A DNA stretch of 64,000 nucleotides from Klebsormidium nitens (taxonomy: Eukaryota; Plantae; Klebsormidiophyceae). Below are positions 34,277 through 46,200 of the stretch, piece after piece. A program made the position numbers and the translations under genes. Every line of letters starts with the position of its first letter. Position 1 is the stretch's first letter. The notes under the pieces were generated by a model. That model had not been told where the DNA came from, did no database searches, and was given only the letters and a program-made list of their open reading frames with translations. The stretch lies in the NCBI GenBank assembly GCA_000708835.1, contig DF236953.1, forward strand, positions 1 through 64,000, written 5' to 3'.

Positions 34277-37200
34277 ATGGCGGTTCTGATTTCACTATCC
34301 ATGGTCGTCCTGCTGGCGCTGTCGGGAAGCGCTACGGCTGCCACAGGTTCAGACGATGGTGAGTTGACAGCTCCTGCCACGTGTTGCTGCCGCTGTTGCC
34401 TGTAATTCGCAAGTTTCAGCCCAGAACAGCTCAAATATTGACCAATCACTTTACAATAAGAAGCTTTCAGCAGTGTGGAAACCATCTGGATTGAGAGTCT
34501 GCTCATTAGCAGCCATCCAGGCAATACCACCAGGGCCTCAGTGTTCATATTGATTCCGGTCTCCGCATGTTTGCTAGTCACATCGCACCACACCTTAATC
34601 CGTTCATATCTGCTGGCTGCGATCAGCTTTGGTCCGTCCCTTGTGAGACACTTTACAGCCAAGCTTGTTGTGCGTAGCGGATGAGAGACTTCCAATGATT
34701 CCCTACTGACCACCGTTCAGATCCTGTCCAGACCGAGTGCAATACAGACTGCAATAACTGCTCAGAAAGCAACCGCCAGCCTCGTTGAGAACAATCACTT
34801 CTCCTGAATGATAAGCGGCATACGAGTGCGCATGCCCCACTTATTGCGGCACTCGTTCCCCTCCAGTTGTGGCACTGCTTGGCATCAAAGCCAGCCTGGA
34901 CCAAAACCCTCTGCTCGCAAATTGGGTCATTACTGGAGATCCCTGCGCTCAGCCTTGGTATGGCGTCGTCAATTGCACCAGCGGAAGCCCGCAGCGGGTG
35001 ACCAACCTTCAACTCCAAAACTCGGGCTTGAGTGGAACCATCAGCCCTTTCCTTGGGAACTTGACGGCGCTGACCTCACTGTGAGTTACCACCACCGTCA
35101 ATTGGAAAGTCTTTCAAGTATTTTCAAACCTCTTGCTACCAAACCTGGCTGGAAGTATCCCCGCCGCCAGTTTGCAAGTGCCCCATACATGATATCCTAA
35201 ACTTGGCTGTAATAGCAACACCAACGGTGACCACAAAGACTCCCAGGGGCCTGTTTAAGATCCTTGCGAAAGGTGGTTATACGGTTGGTGTCCTTTACTT
35301 CTAGCTGGTTTCAGTCGCTCTGCTCCAAGGTGGTGTGATACTTGAACAAAGTTTGGTGGTGCTCATTGCTTGTATGTCAAATCGAAGTCGTGCTCCGCAG
35401 GCTAAAGCGTGGAGCTAATATGTATCGGGTTTGCTGTGCGTTCTTACCGGTGTAGTCTCTGTGATGGGTTTGCGGTCCACTTTTCCAGCTGCTGAACGGT
35501 ACGACCGATTAAGAAGCCTGTGATGCGCTGGTCAAATCTCTGGATTAGCGTGGATAGCTGTTAACCCGTTGCGGTTGTGTTTGAAATCGCCGAGAAGCGT
35601 CGTCTCTGTGCAGGGACATGAGCTCCAACCGCTTGACAGGCCCCATCCCCGCTACTATCGCAAACCTGGTCAACATCTCCCGCATCAATCTCCACAGCAA
35701 CAAGCTCACAGGGACGCTCCAACTGTTCAGCAAGCTGCGAACTTTAACCTACTTGAACGTGGGCGATAATCTGCTCACAGGTGAGCGCTCTCTGGTCTTG
35801 GGCGGGCAGTAATGACGAACGTGAGAACTACATTCAGGTAGCGTGCGCCAGAAAAACGACTTGCCGGTTTCGATGGGGGCACAGAACAACTTCAATCAGG
35901 ATAGAACGAAGCTCTGGCGTTTTCCCCGTGATAAGCGAAGCGGTCATGGAGAGCCCGACATTCTGCAGTTCGCTGCCAAGCTGGAATAGTCTGCAAGAAG
36001 GGACGCCGGTACATGAGCATTTCAATGGGGAACGTAGAGTGTGTAAAGGTTGCCAGAGTAGGCCCACGGCATCATTGTAATTGAGCGTTCAACCGATATC
36101 GAAACGATCCAGCCCCACTTATTGCTATCTCAAGAGCTCTGCACCTGGGTCCTTGCGCCGCTAAACGGACAGGCCCCGTTTCGTCTTCTGCTAATGGCAC
36201 CTCCCGTGCACAGGATGCGAGAGAAGCAACGCAAGTCCGCTTGAGTGGACCACTGCTTCCGGAGTCCTACCATCATCCATACGTTGCTTTCTGTCCCCTT
36301 CCTGATGCAGGTGGCGTGCCGCCAGAGTTCAACAACTTGACCCTCATGACGTACCTCAGTATCGGGATGAACCCCATCGGAGGACCAATTCCAGACCTAA
36401 GCAAGCTGACAAAGGTCATTCACATGTGAGTAACCCACCCGATGTCCTTCAAGAAGCGCTGCTTTCCGATCTATGTTAATCTGTTTATGCTGTATCTTTG
36501 TCAAAGCTTTAGCAGAAATCATACTGGATCATCTTGGCTTTGGTGACAAGCATTCTCACTTCTCACTTCTTCCTTGAGCGCGGAAAGCGAACGAGTCTGA
36601 GCGGGTGGGTGCCGTTCGAGGTTCGCTTTCCGGATGACACCACCAGGTCTCCTTCGGCGACATTGCACTTCGCCAGCCCAGATTTGCTTGCATCAAGTTT
36701 CTGGCGGTTGAGGACCCTTTTTTAGGAAACGCGTCCTGGTGTCCTGCGCCTGCGGCTTTGCACAAACACATGCCGATGAGCAAATGCACACTTCTAAGCA
36801 TCACTGAGGTCTGTTTCTGATCTTTGCTAATGACCTGCACGGAACGTGGTCCCCATGATAGCACACGTCAAATCTTAGACCGCTGTCCTGCGAGCGTGGT
36901 CTGCTATTCTCTTCATCTGGTCACGTCTCTAGACGCTTTGCCTCCTGTCCCGTTCAGCCATTTCGACAACATGAACCTGACCGGCCCCCTGCCTGCCACG
37001 CTCTCTGCACTGACCAGCATGATCCACCTTGTCGTGCAAAACAACCAACTTTCAGGTACGTGACCCAGCTTTGAGCGCTTGCGCGACATCGCTTCCTCAG
37101 AAGAAGGCTGCTCCATACTAAGTTGAATCCTGAATTCTGGCCGACGCGATCTGGCACTTATCCCTCGAGCACCTGTACTCTTCGTGTCCTCGAGGTTTTG

Positions 37201-40200
37201 TTCCTTTGCGATCCCAATGTGCCTGGGCCGAGTCCCATGCTTCTCATTTGCCTTCGCCCTTTCGCTGCTTCTTTAAAGGATTTGTTGTCCAGTTCGGAAG
37301 CTGAGTCTGGCCTCGCACATGCGGCCGTGCTTTCATGCGACTCTGCTGCATCCATGTTCGATCTCTAGCAGGCTTTGTCCCTGCCTTAAGCTCAAATCCG
37401 ACGGCTCATTTTGGTCGCGGTCTCAAGACTTTGTTCCTCTCACAGGCACTCTGCCGCCGTCCCTTTCAGCCCTCACTTCAGTCAGCCTCATCCAGCTGGA
37501 CAACAACTTCTTCACGGGCACGCTGCCAGCCTCCTACAGCAACCTGACGTCGCTCATTGACTTGTGAGTCTGGCTTGGCCGTCAGCAATACTTTGAGGGA
37601 ACAAGAAGGGGGTGCAAATACGGCACAGTGCTGTTGCATGCTTGATCTCGTCTCCGATTCTCGACAAGCAGATGTAATTTTTAGACTGGAACCGCAAGGG
37701 CTTGACTTTGTCATAAGAAGCCGTTCAGACCTTCTGTCGTGCATCCATTTCGTCCAGTGGAGACACCCTTAGAAGGTATCCGATCAATTGTTTCAAGACC
37801 TGAGTGTACCCGCTCCACCTGGGGCCGCTTTTTTGTGTCTGGTGCTTGATCTATGTCACGTTGCCTGGTGCAGTCGGGCGGTGAACAACCAGCTTTCAGG
37901 CCCGATCGATCCGTCCTGGCTTCAGCTGAAAAACCTGCGGAAGCTGTGAGTCCGCTTTCGGATGCCCGAGTCACTTTCTCATGGCCTTCTTCTTTTCCCA
38001 GTGACCGTTCTTGTTCCAGCTTGCGCAAATTTTTGGAAAAGCGCCACGGCCAATGGGCAGGGCAGGACCGCCGGGTTCAGAGGCCAAGTGAGACTGACGG
38101 TTTGATTGGAGCAAACGGAGTAATGTACAGGCATATACGACTGTTGCTTTGTTCCGGTGAAGAGCGAGACTCAGCAGCAAGGGCGCTGTTCTCAGATTTA
38201 GGACAACTTAACTCCTGCTGAAGACAAAGCCGAAGGAAAGTTTTGCTTTGGAGGACGAACGAGTGGTTTCCAGGTTGTCGGATATTCTGCTCAGCAGGTT
38301 TTGCTGCTTCTCTGACTCGCCTTTCGACTTGCATTAGGAGGGTGCAGAAGGAAACTTTGATTCTAGCTCTATGCCCCTCGCATCTTTGATACTTACCTTC
38401 GTCCATCACATGCGGTCTTGCGGCAAAGGCGCCAGCCGTTTCCGCCTACGTCCTGGAACGCGGAGGACGAGCCGAAGCAGAGTTGTTGTGAAGCCGAGGG
38501 AGCCTCTCCTGTTCATGGGGAAGTGCCCTCACCAAAATAATGTCGTTTTGCCATTGATACAGGGACCTGAGCTACAACGACTTTTCGGGCGTGGTTCCGT
38601 CAGGCATCGGAGACATGCCGAGTCTCATCGATCTGTGAGTCTCCTTTCCCCAAATCCTTTGGAACTGCGTGGAGCGGCCACGTGTCACTCCGGCTGGTGA
38701 CGATGCGGCCACGATTGACGCTTTCAACCTCGCCACGTTTTGTCTTGGAGGTTTTTGGCAAAGCCACTCTAATCTCGACAGAACCGCTGCTTTGTTTCGC
38801 CCCTGTTTACCGGTATCCTGCGTGGCAAGTTCGAAACGCTTCATCGCCCCCTCCATCAAGGCACGATGGAAAGGAGAACTCCGCTGGCCGTTCGGTCTGA
38901 TTTATGAAAACCGGTCGCAAACGATGTTTGATCCTTGCCTAAATTGGACGCCCGTATCACGTGCAGGAATTTGGAGCACAACTCTTTCAGCGGCGCCGTT
39001 CCGGCGTCTGTGTGTTACAGCCCCCGGATGACCACCCTGTGAGTGCAAGACCGGGAGTCGCTCTTGCTCACTCATCTTGTTAATACGCAGCTCTGTCGAT
39101 TGCTCGCCATGTTTCATCCCTTCATCGCAATGTTCGGGCTGAAGCAGATTTTGAAAGCTGACAGAGGAGTGAAGTGGAGTAGTGGAATGTAGAGAGAAGT
39201 TGCTCGCCCTCGCCTGATGCGCCAAGTCTGTAAGATCCTTCTGGGGGTCCCTCTCTAGACACCAACAGAGAGCATAGCAGAGTTGCGTTTGCATTTAGGC
39301 GCTCACTTAGGTTACATTTCCGTCAGCCAACCCTGCCTCTCTGCTTCCTGCTAATCTGGCTCCAGGCGCTTGAACGCCAACCTCTTTAGCGGCGCACTGC
39401 CGGCATCCTGTTACAACATGACGAGCCCTCCCTTCCAGACAGCGTGAGTGGCTATTGTGTCCTATCCACTATTTTGCTTGCGCAATGAGATGCTTGCAAG
39501 TCGCCCTTCGTCACTGTTTCCCAGTTTGCCGTCTCCTTCGTACTGAGAGGCGCCCAAATACCCATTTTTCTTTCACCCTTCTTCCGTCTTGGAAACCCCT
39601 AGAATGTCGCTCCACGTGACCCAGTTGCTGTGAAGCAACTTTTAAGCCGTGCACATTCGTCTTTCGTTTCGTCTCTCGTAGATCAACCACGCAAGCTTAG
39701 GATCCATGACTGGTAAAATTCAGAAGCATGGAGAAAAAGGCATGTTTTATTTGCAGCTGGTTCCACGACAACCAGCTCACTGGCGACATCCCTAGCAGCC
39801 CGGACGACTCAGTCGGGATCACGTAAGCCCAATAGTCCATTACCGCGTCTCTTTGTTTGGACCAATCGATTGTTGTACCTCTGTTGGTAGCAAGGTCAAC
39901 TCCGACTCCCACGTCAATTTGGTATGCTTAGCCGTACGAGTTTGCAGACTCGCTCCCATCACCTTTTCATGTATCCTTTGACTGCAAATTTGATAGTCTC
40001 GGCAATCGTTACTGCTGCCGAAAAGCAGTCTCATCTCCACTTGTCTTGCCAGCCTTGAGAAAGCATAAGAAATCAGCGATCTTAAAACTGGACGTGGATG
40101 TAACGCGCGGCTTCGTCCAACGTGAGCAAACTCCACGAAAAATCAGGTTCATTGTTCAGATCTACCAAAGTTCTACTAATCTATTTTGATGCGACGTTCC

Positions 40201-43200
40201 CAAGAGCATTGCGCTTGTCGGCCCAATACACTCTTTGCCTCAGTCCGCTTTCCACCCGTTCCCTGCTTCTCAAAAGCACTTCGGCGGCGTTCGATCCGAC
40301 ACCCTTTGGCTCAACCTCCATTTTCTTTGCCAACATTCGTCCTCCCGCCAAAACTGCTGTTTTTTCGCCTTACTTGCACTTCCATCTCAACATCCCCGGT
40401 GCTGAATCCAGTGCCCCCTGAAACGGGTAATCTTTTACGCAGAGCGTTTGGCAACTCCTGGTGCGCTGGCAATGCTCAACTCCCCGCGTGCCAGGTGCCC
40501 CCAACTCTCGCCGCTGCCCCCATCGCCCCCTCTTCAGCGGCCGCGGTCCCGGCCCCCACGTCGGCGCTGCAGCTGCCAAAAGGCTGCTCGTGCCCATCAG
40601 GTTTGCTTCTCTATGTTTCCCTCTTCTTTTGGAAGGGCTTATGGAACGTGTGATTCTTGATAATATAGGGCCAAGAATTGTTAGGTTTGGCTCTCTTTGT
40701 TTCCCCCTTTTTTTGGAGAGGTCTTATGAAACGGTGCTATTTTGGCGACGAGGGCCAAAAAGTTTTGGCATTTCTGTCGCTGCGAAACTCCTGGGGCGCC
40801 CGAGCAGAGGTTTTGGACGAGGTTGAGATCAGCGTCCGGACGTCGCTTCGGTTGCGGCCGTGTGCACGAAAGCTTCCAAAGCGTAGAATTGTGCCTTCCA
40901 AGCAGGGTCCACATCGTCCTGCGTAAATCATCTTCTGATAATGCTCATATCAGACGTCTCATAAAGAGGTTTTGACCGTCCAGCTGAAACATGCTTCCCA
41001 ACTTTTTCTCAATCGAAAGACCCCAGCCTCGTACTTGGAGCACCCCTCGGGCTCCTCCTACAAAGACTTCCCCTCGAATGCTCTAACTGTATCATCTCTT
41101 CCGGTGCGCATTCACATATGTTCTCTGGCGCTAAGTCAATGTTTGTTCCGCCCTTCTCAGGCTAAGCCCCCCAGCCGTACAGCTTATTTTTATCATCTTC
41201 TGGTTAAGCATTCTTTACAGCGCTCACTGACTGATTGTCCTGCCCTTCTCAGGCCAAGTCCTCCAGCCATACACTCTGACGTCATCATCTTCTTGTTAGG
41301 CATTCCTTACAGCGCTCTCTGCATAGTTGTCCTGTCCTTCTCAGGCCAAGTCCCCAAGCCTTTATTTTTGACTTCCAGCATTTTCTTGCTAAGCAATTCT
41401 CACAGCGCTCTTTGACACACACTCACTGTATCAACTTCTTGCTAAGCAATCCACAGCGCTCACTGAGTGTTTGTTCCGCCCTTCTCAGGCCAGGTGCCTC
41501 AGCCGTACACTCTGAGCACGCAGCTGGCCCCCAACGGCTCCGTCCCCTGCTCGTGCGTCTCCCCCTCGCAGTTCGTCATCAACCTCCCCGGCGTCAGCTT
41601 CGTCGAACTCACCCCCATCCGGTTCCAAAGGTACGCAAGGTGGCAGAATCTTTGGCACTTGACTTCTTTCGTTCTTGTCATGCGCATGCTTTCTCTCGGT
41701 TATCTGGCGGTTTAGCCGCATGACAACTTTCTTACGGTGAAGAGCTTAGTTGCAGGCTTGAACGGTCGAAGATAGGTCACGTGCCCCTGGATCAAATCAA
41801 CTTAGAGTCCAACCTTATCTGCAACTTCTTGTCCAAAGCACCCGCCCACCGCTTTCTTAGGTTAGGGATTAGAGACTCGACACAAGACCGTGTACCACTC
41901 CCAGCCCCCTGTGTGCACGCTTGCCGCTTGATGTGGCCGTGCTGACCTCTCCAATTATCCTTACTGCCAAGCAGGTCGATTGTGACACATCAAATTTTTC
42001 GGCGCCCTCTTTTCTGATCTTCCAATCGGTCCGCCCACCTGCAAGCAAGCAGGCTCGCCGCCAGCCTGACATCCGCATCAATCAGAAAAGTTTCTCGCAA
42101 CAAGATCTAACTCTAGTTTCGATACCTCAACCCGCCTGCCCCCGAACAGAGAACGTGAAGTAAAACCCATCTTGCGCTTCTTTTCCCAGGCTCGCCGCCA
42201 GTCTGGCCACCACGCTGAACCTGCTCCCCGAGCGAGTTACCCTGCAACGGATCTCACTCTCGTCTCAACTCTCTAGCAACCAGTCAGTAAGCTTATCTAC
42301 CCAAAGAATAACGCGACTGGAATGCTGAGTGCTTATAGGCTTCTTGCTTCCTGCCCCCAGGCTCGCCGCCAGTCTTGCCGCCACGCTGAACCTGCTCCCC
42401 GAGCAAGTCACCCCTGAGGGCGCATGCCGCGCCTCGGACCAGTTTTGCGGGGTAGTCTGCGACTCCCCGCTCTGCCACGGCACGAACTCGGTCTTCCAAC
42501 TTCTGCCCGGGACGGCGTGCCTCGCGTCCCGCCCCAACTGTACGTCGCTCTGCAAGTTTCCGCCGTGCACCGGAACCACCGCCGCCTTTCAGCTGCTGCC
42601 AGTCGAGGGGCAGCAGATACCCGCGAGCTATGTAAGCCTGGATTTTTGGATTCTTTCGGAATCCTTTCAAAGAAATTGGATTTTAGCAATTTGGACGTCG
42701 GTTACGTTTTAATCCTTCTACAAGTTCCCGCCATGCACCGGAACCACTGCGGCGTTTCAGCTGCTGCCGGTGGAGGGGCAGCAGATACCCGCGAGCTATG
42801 TAAGGTCGATTCTAGGGTTTATGGTTTATTCTAGGGTTTTTTGAGAATTCTTCTGGGTTTTAGAAGGTTCATTTTCGAGCCTTCTGCAAATTTTCGCTGT
42901 GCACCGGAACCACTGCCGCGTTTCAGTTGCTGCCAGTCGAGGGGCAGCAAATCCCGGCCAGCTATGTAAGTCAGGCTTTTGGAGGATTGGTCTTTTTGGA
43001 TTGTAAAGTTCAGACTTATATTGCTCCCGTTCCACTCAGGTTGCAAAGCGATTCTGCTCAGAAGCCTAATCATCATCGGGGTCAAGTATTCGTAACAAAA
43101 GGGCGTCTTTCAAGGGGAGGTACACGGAGTGTATCTTTTGAGTTGCTTGGCTGTGGCTTTCCCCCAAGCGGGCGTCTCGTGTCTCCAATTGATTCTTTCA

Positions 43201-46200
43201 TTTCTCAAAAGTTTCTTGGGTTTCTGGACCCCTCTCATTCCGTATATATCAAATCCAACGCGGAAATTCATTTGCTGCCCATAGAGGGGCCGTGGACACC
43301 CGCGAGCTGCGTGAGCCGGCTACGAAACACCGATCGGTTTTCTGCTTCACACATTCAGATTGGGTTCGGAAGCTACCGTGCAAATTCATGGTCTGAGCAG
43401 TGGATAGCTCCACATCGTGTTTCTCCTCTATGCTGATCTTGTGGCATTCGCAATAAGTTCATGCCTCTTGAAAAGAATAGTCGAGTCGAATCTCTTCTCA
43501 AGAAGGCTTCTTTACAGGAAGCAGCTTCTCATTTTTTGCCCCTGCGCATCCACGGCCGATAACCCCCCTCGTGGCGAACGCCGCTGGCAGGAGTCAAAGC
43601 CTTCCGGATACCCAAGTATTTGGAAGGACACAATTTCTGTGACCCCGTTTCCGAACCTCTTTCTGCATGATGAGGACTTGCACTGGCGGCTTGCGGTTGG
43701 CGCCGCCAGGTTTTGACTTTGCCCAACTAGAATGTGGCTCCCCGTTTTTGTACACGGATCCAGAGCCTGGAGACGCGCCTCACGGTCGCCGGCGCCGACT
43801 CGTGGTTTCCCACCAAAAGCGACGAACTTGTTTGGGTCCTAGAAGATTTCTCACGCTTTACGCAGCTTGGCTAACTTGTGGCTCCCCGTTTTTGTATACA
43901 GATCCAGAGCTTGGAAACGCGACTTACGGTTATGGGCGCCAACTCGTGGTTCTCCAACAAGATCGACGACGACTTTGTTCCGTACACGCTCGTCATTGCG
44001 CAGCCGCCCACCACAATCATCATACAGACCAAGACGTCGACGTCAACGATCGTCATTGCGGTCATCGGCGCGGTGGTCGGGATGGGCGTTCTTCTCGCGA
44101 TCTGCGCGGGGCTGGGCTTGGGTTTGTGGTGGCACCGCAGGTGTGTTTCTTCAAACGGGTACCAAGTTCATATTGAATCTGATATCAAGTTTAATCTCGT
44201 TGGAAGAACAAAATGATTGTTTGGCCTGCCGGCATCTTCAAAGAATGTCAAACGTTTGAATATAAGATTGATTATCTGGCCTGCCAGCATAAATAAGGAG
44301 AGTCAAACGGCGGTAACGGACGATGGTCTTGCTTTTTGGGGGCTTAAATTGGGTCTGCCGAACTTCTCGGAAGTTTCATGTATAGATGTTTGGCGTAACC
44401 GTCGAGAAAGAACGCTGGCACAGTAGTAAGCTTTGGGTGTACTTTGCTTGTGACCCAACTCGAGTATTTAACCCTCAATTGACCTGCTCCGCATTTGTAA
44501 ACACTCTAGGTCATTCATCAATTCCTCACCCGTCCCGTTGCCGAGCTTTCTACTATCTAGTTTTGACGATCGCTACTCGAAAAAGAACAAAGTACTGAAG
44601 CTCTCTACCGCAGGCGGCGTCAGAGGCTCGATGCAAACCCGTGGTTGCGCGCGGAGAAGAGCCGGTGGAGCACGGCGCGGCCGCTCCGGGAGGGGTCCGG
44701 CGTTCCGCTCACGCAGGAGGCGAGCGGATCGTCCGGGTGGCACCCAACAGCGGACACAAGTGAGTAATCACACAGACAGCTGAAAACTCATACACAGAAG
44801 CGATAAAGGTCACGCACAAGTGATTAGTGACAAACAACAGTGAGTAAACACACACACAAGTGAGTTTTCTCACGCACAAGTTAGTTTTCTTATTGGGCGG
44901 ATTCCTTGCCGGGGCGTGGGCTCCTGGCGCTTTACGGCTTCAATTTCGCCAGATTCTTGACTTGCGCAGAATAGACGAGTGGGTCGTCCGGCCGGGTGCC
45001 GCCCACTGCAGACACAGGTGACTTTTGCATCAAAGGTTTCGTGTCCTTTCCTTACTCCAAACGCCTTTTGTGAAGAGGGTTTGTGGCTGAGCCCCGGCGC
45101 TCGTCTCGTGTTCGTGTGGCGCCCCGCAGCTGGCACACGTGAGTTTTGATTTAGAGGGTTTCTAAATTCTGTTCCTTCGCTTTTCGAGCCAAGATCTTCC
45201 CGATGTCGGGTGAGGCCTGGCGGGGGCGTAGCCTTCTGATCCCGCTCTACGCCTTTTCGTCCACCCCGTCCTCAGCTCCGTACGGGCAATCTGGCCCGCT
45301 ACTCGAAATGATATTCCTAGATCACCCGGGAAGATCTGCAGTCAGATTGTCTCAACAGAAATCCTGGGCAATCCTTGAAACCCATGATTCTTCTATACCG
45401 GAAAAGTGATCTTGCTCTAAACCGTAGTGATTAACTCACGTCCTAAACCTTTGGTTATCTTCAGCGAGCCCATGGTCGGGGCCCCGATCCGCCACCGCGG
45501 AGCCGTTCCTCAACACCGAGCTGCGCACGTACAGCTTCGCGGAGCTCGAGGCCGCGACCGACGACTTCTCAACGGAGCGCGCCATCGGGTCCGGCGGTTT
45601 TGGGACAGTGTATCGGGCCACCTTTCCGGACGATTCCGAGGTAAGTCTTCATGGTTTCTTGGAGTCCCAGGACATGAGCCCGGGCAGTGACCAACCGCTT
45701 TCTAGAATGATTTCAAATTGGATGGCGAAGGCGTCTCTACGGTCGTTAAAAGTTCGCTCAGCAATTATGTTCTCGTGTTCTCTGCAATGAGCATCGTCAT
45801 ACGTCCAAGAACCCTCTCTTTCGCTTTGATTGTATCGCATCATGCGATGAAACCAGCTCCAGATTCAAGGAAAAAGAATTTGTATCATAGTGCTTCCCAC
45901 CGGTTGGCGTGCCTGGGCAAGCAACCGTAGAGAAGGGCGGTCTTTGGATGGTTCTACGGTCTACCCCTTAATTAATCCAGACCAAAAGTTTGGCTGACCC
46001 TGCCTCCCGCGAGCCTCCTCAAAATCTTTAACCCCCTTCTTAACCCAGGTCGCGGTTAAGCGGCTAAGCCTGGAGAGCAAGCAGGGTGAGCCGGAGTTCC
46101 TGGCGGAGATTGGCGCCATATCGCAGCGGCTGAAGCACCCTAATCTGCTGAGACTCATGGGCTACTGTTCGCACGGGCGGGACAGGCTGCTGGTGTATGA

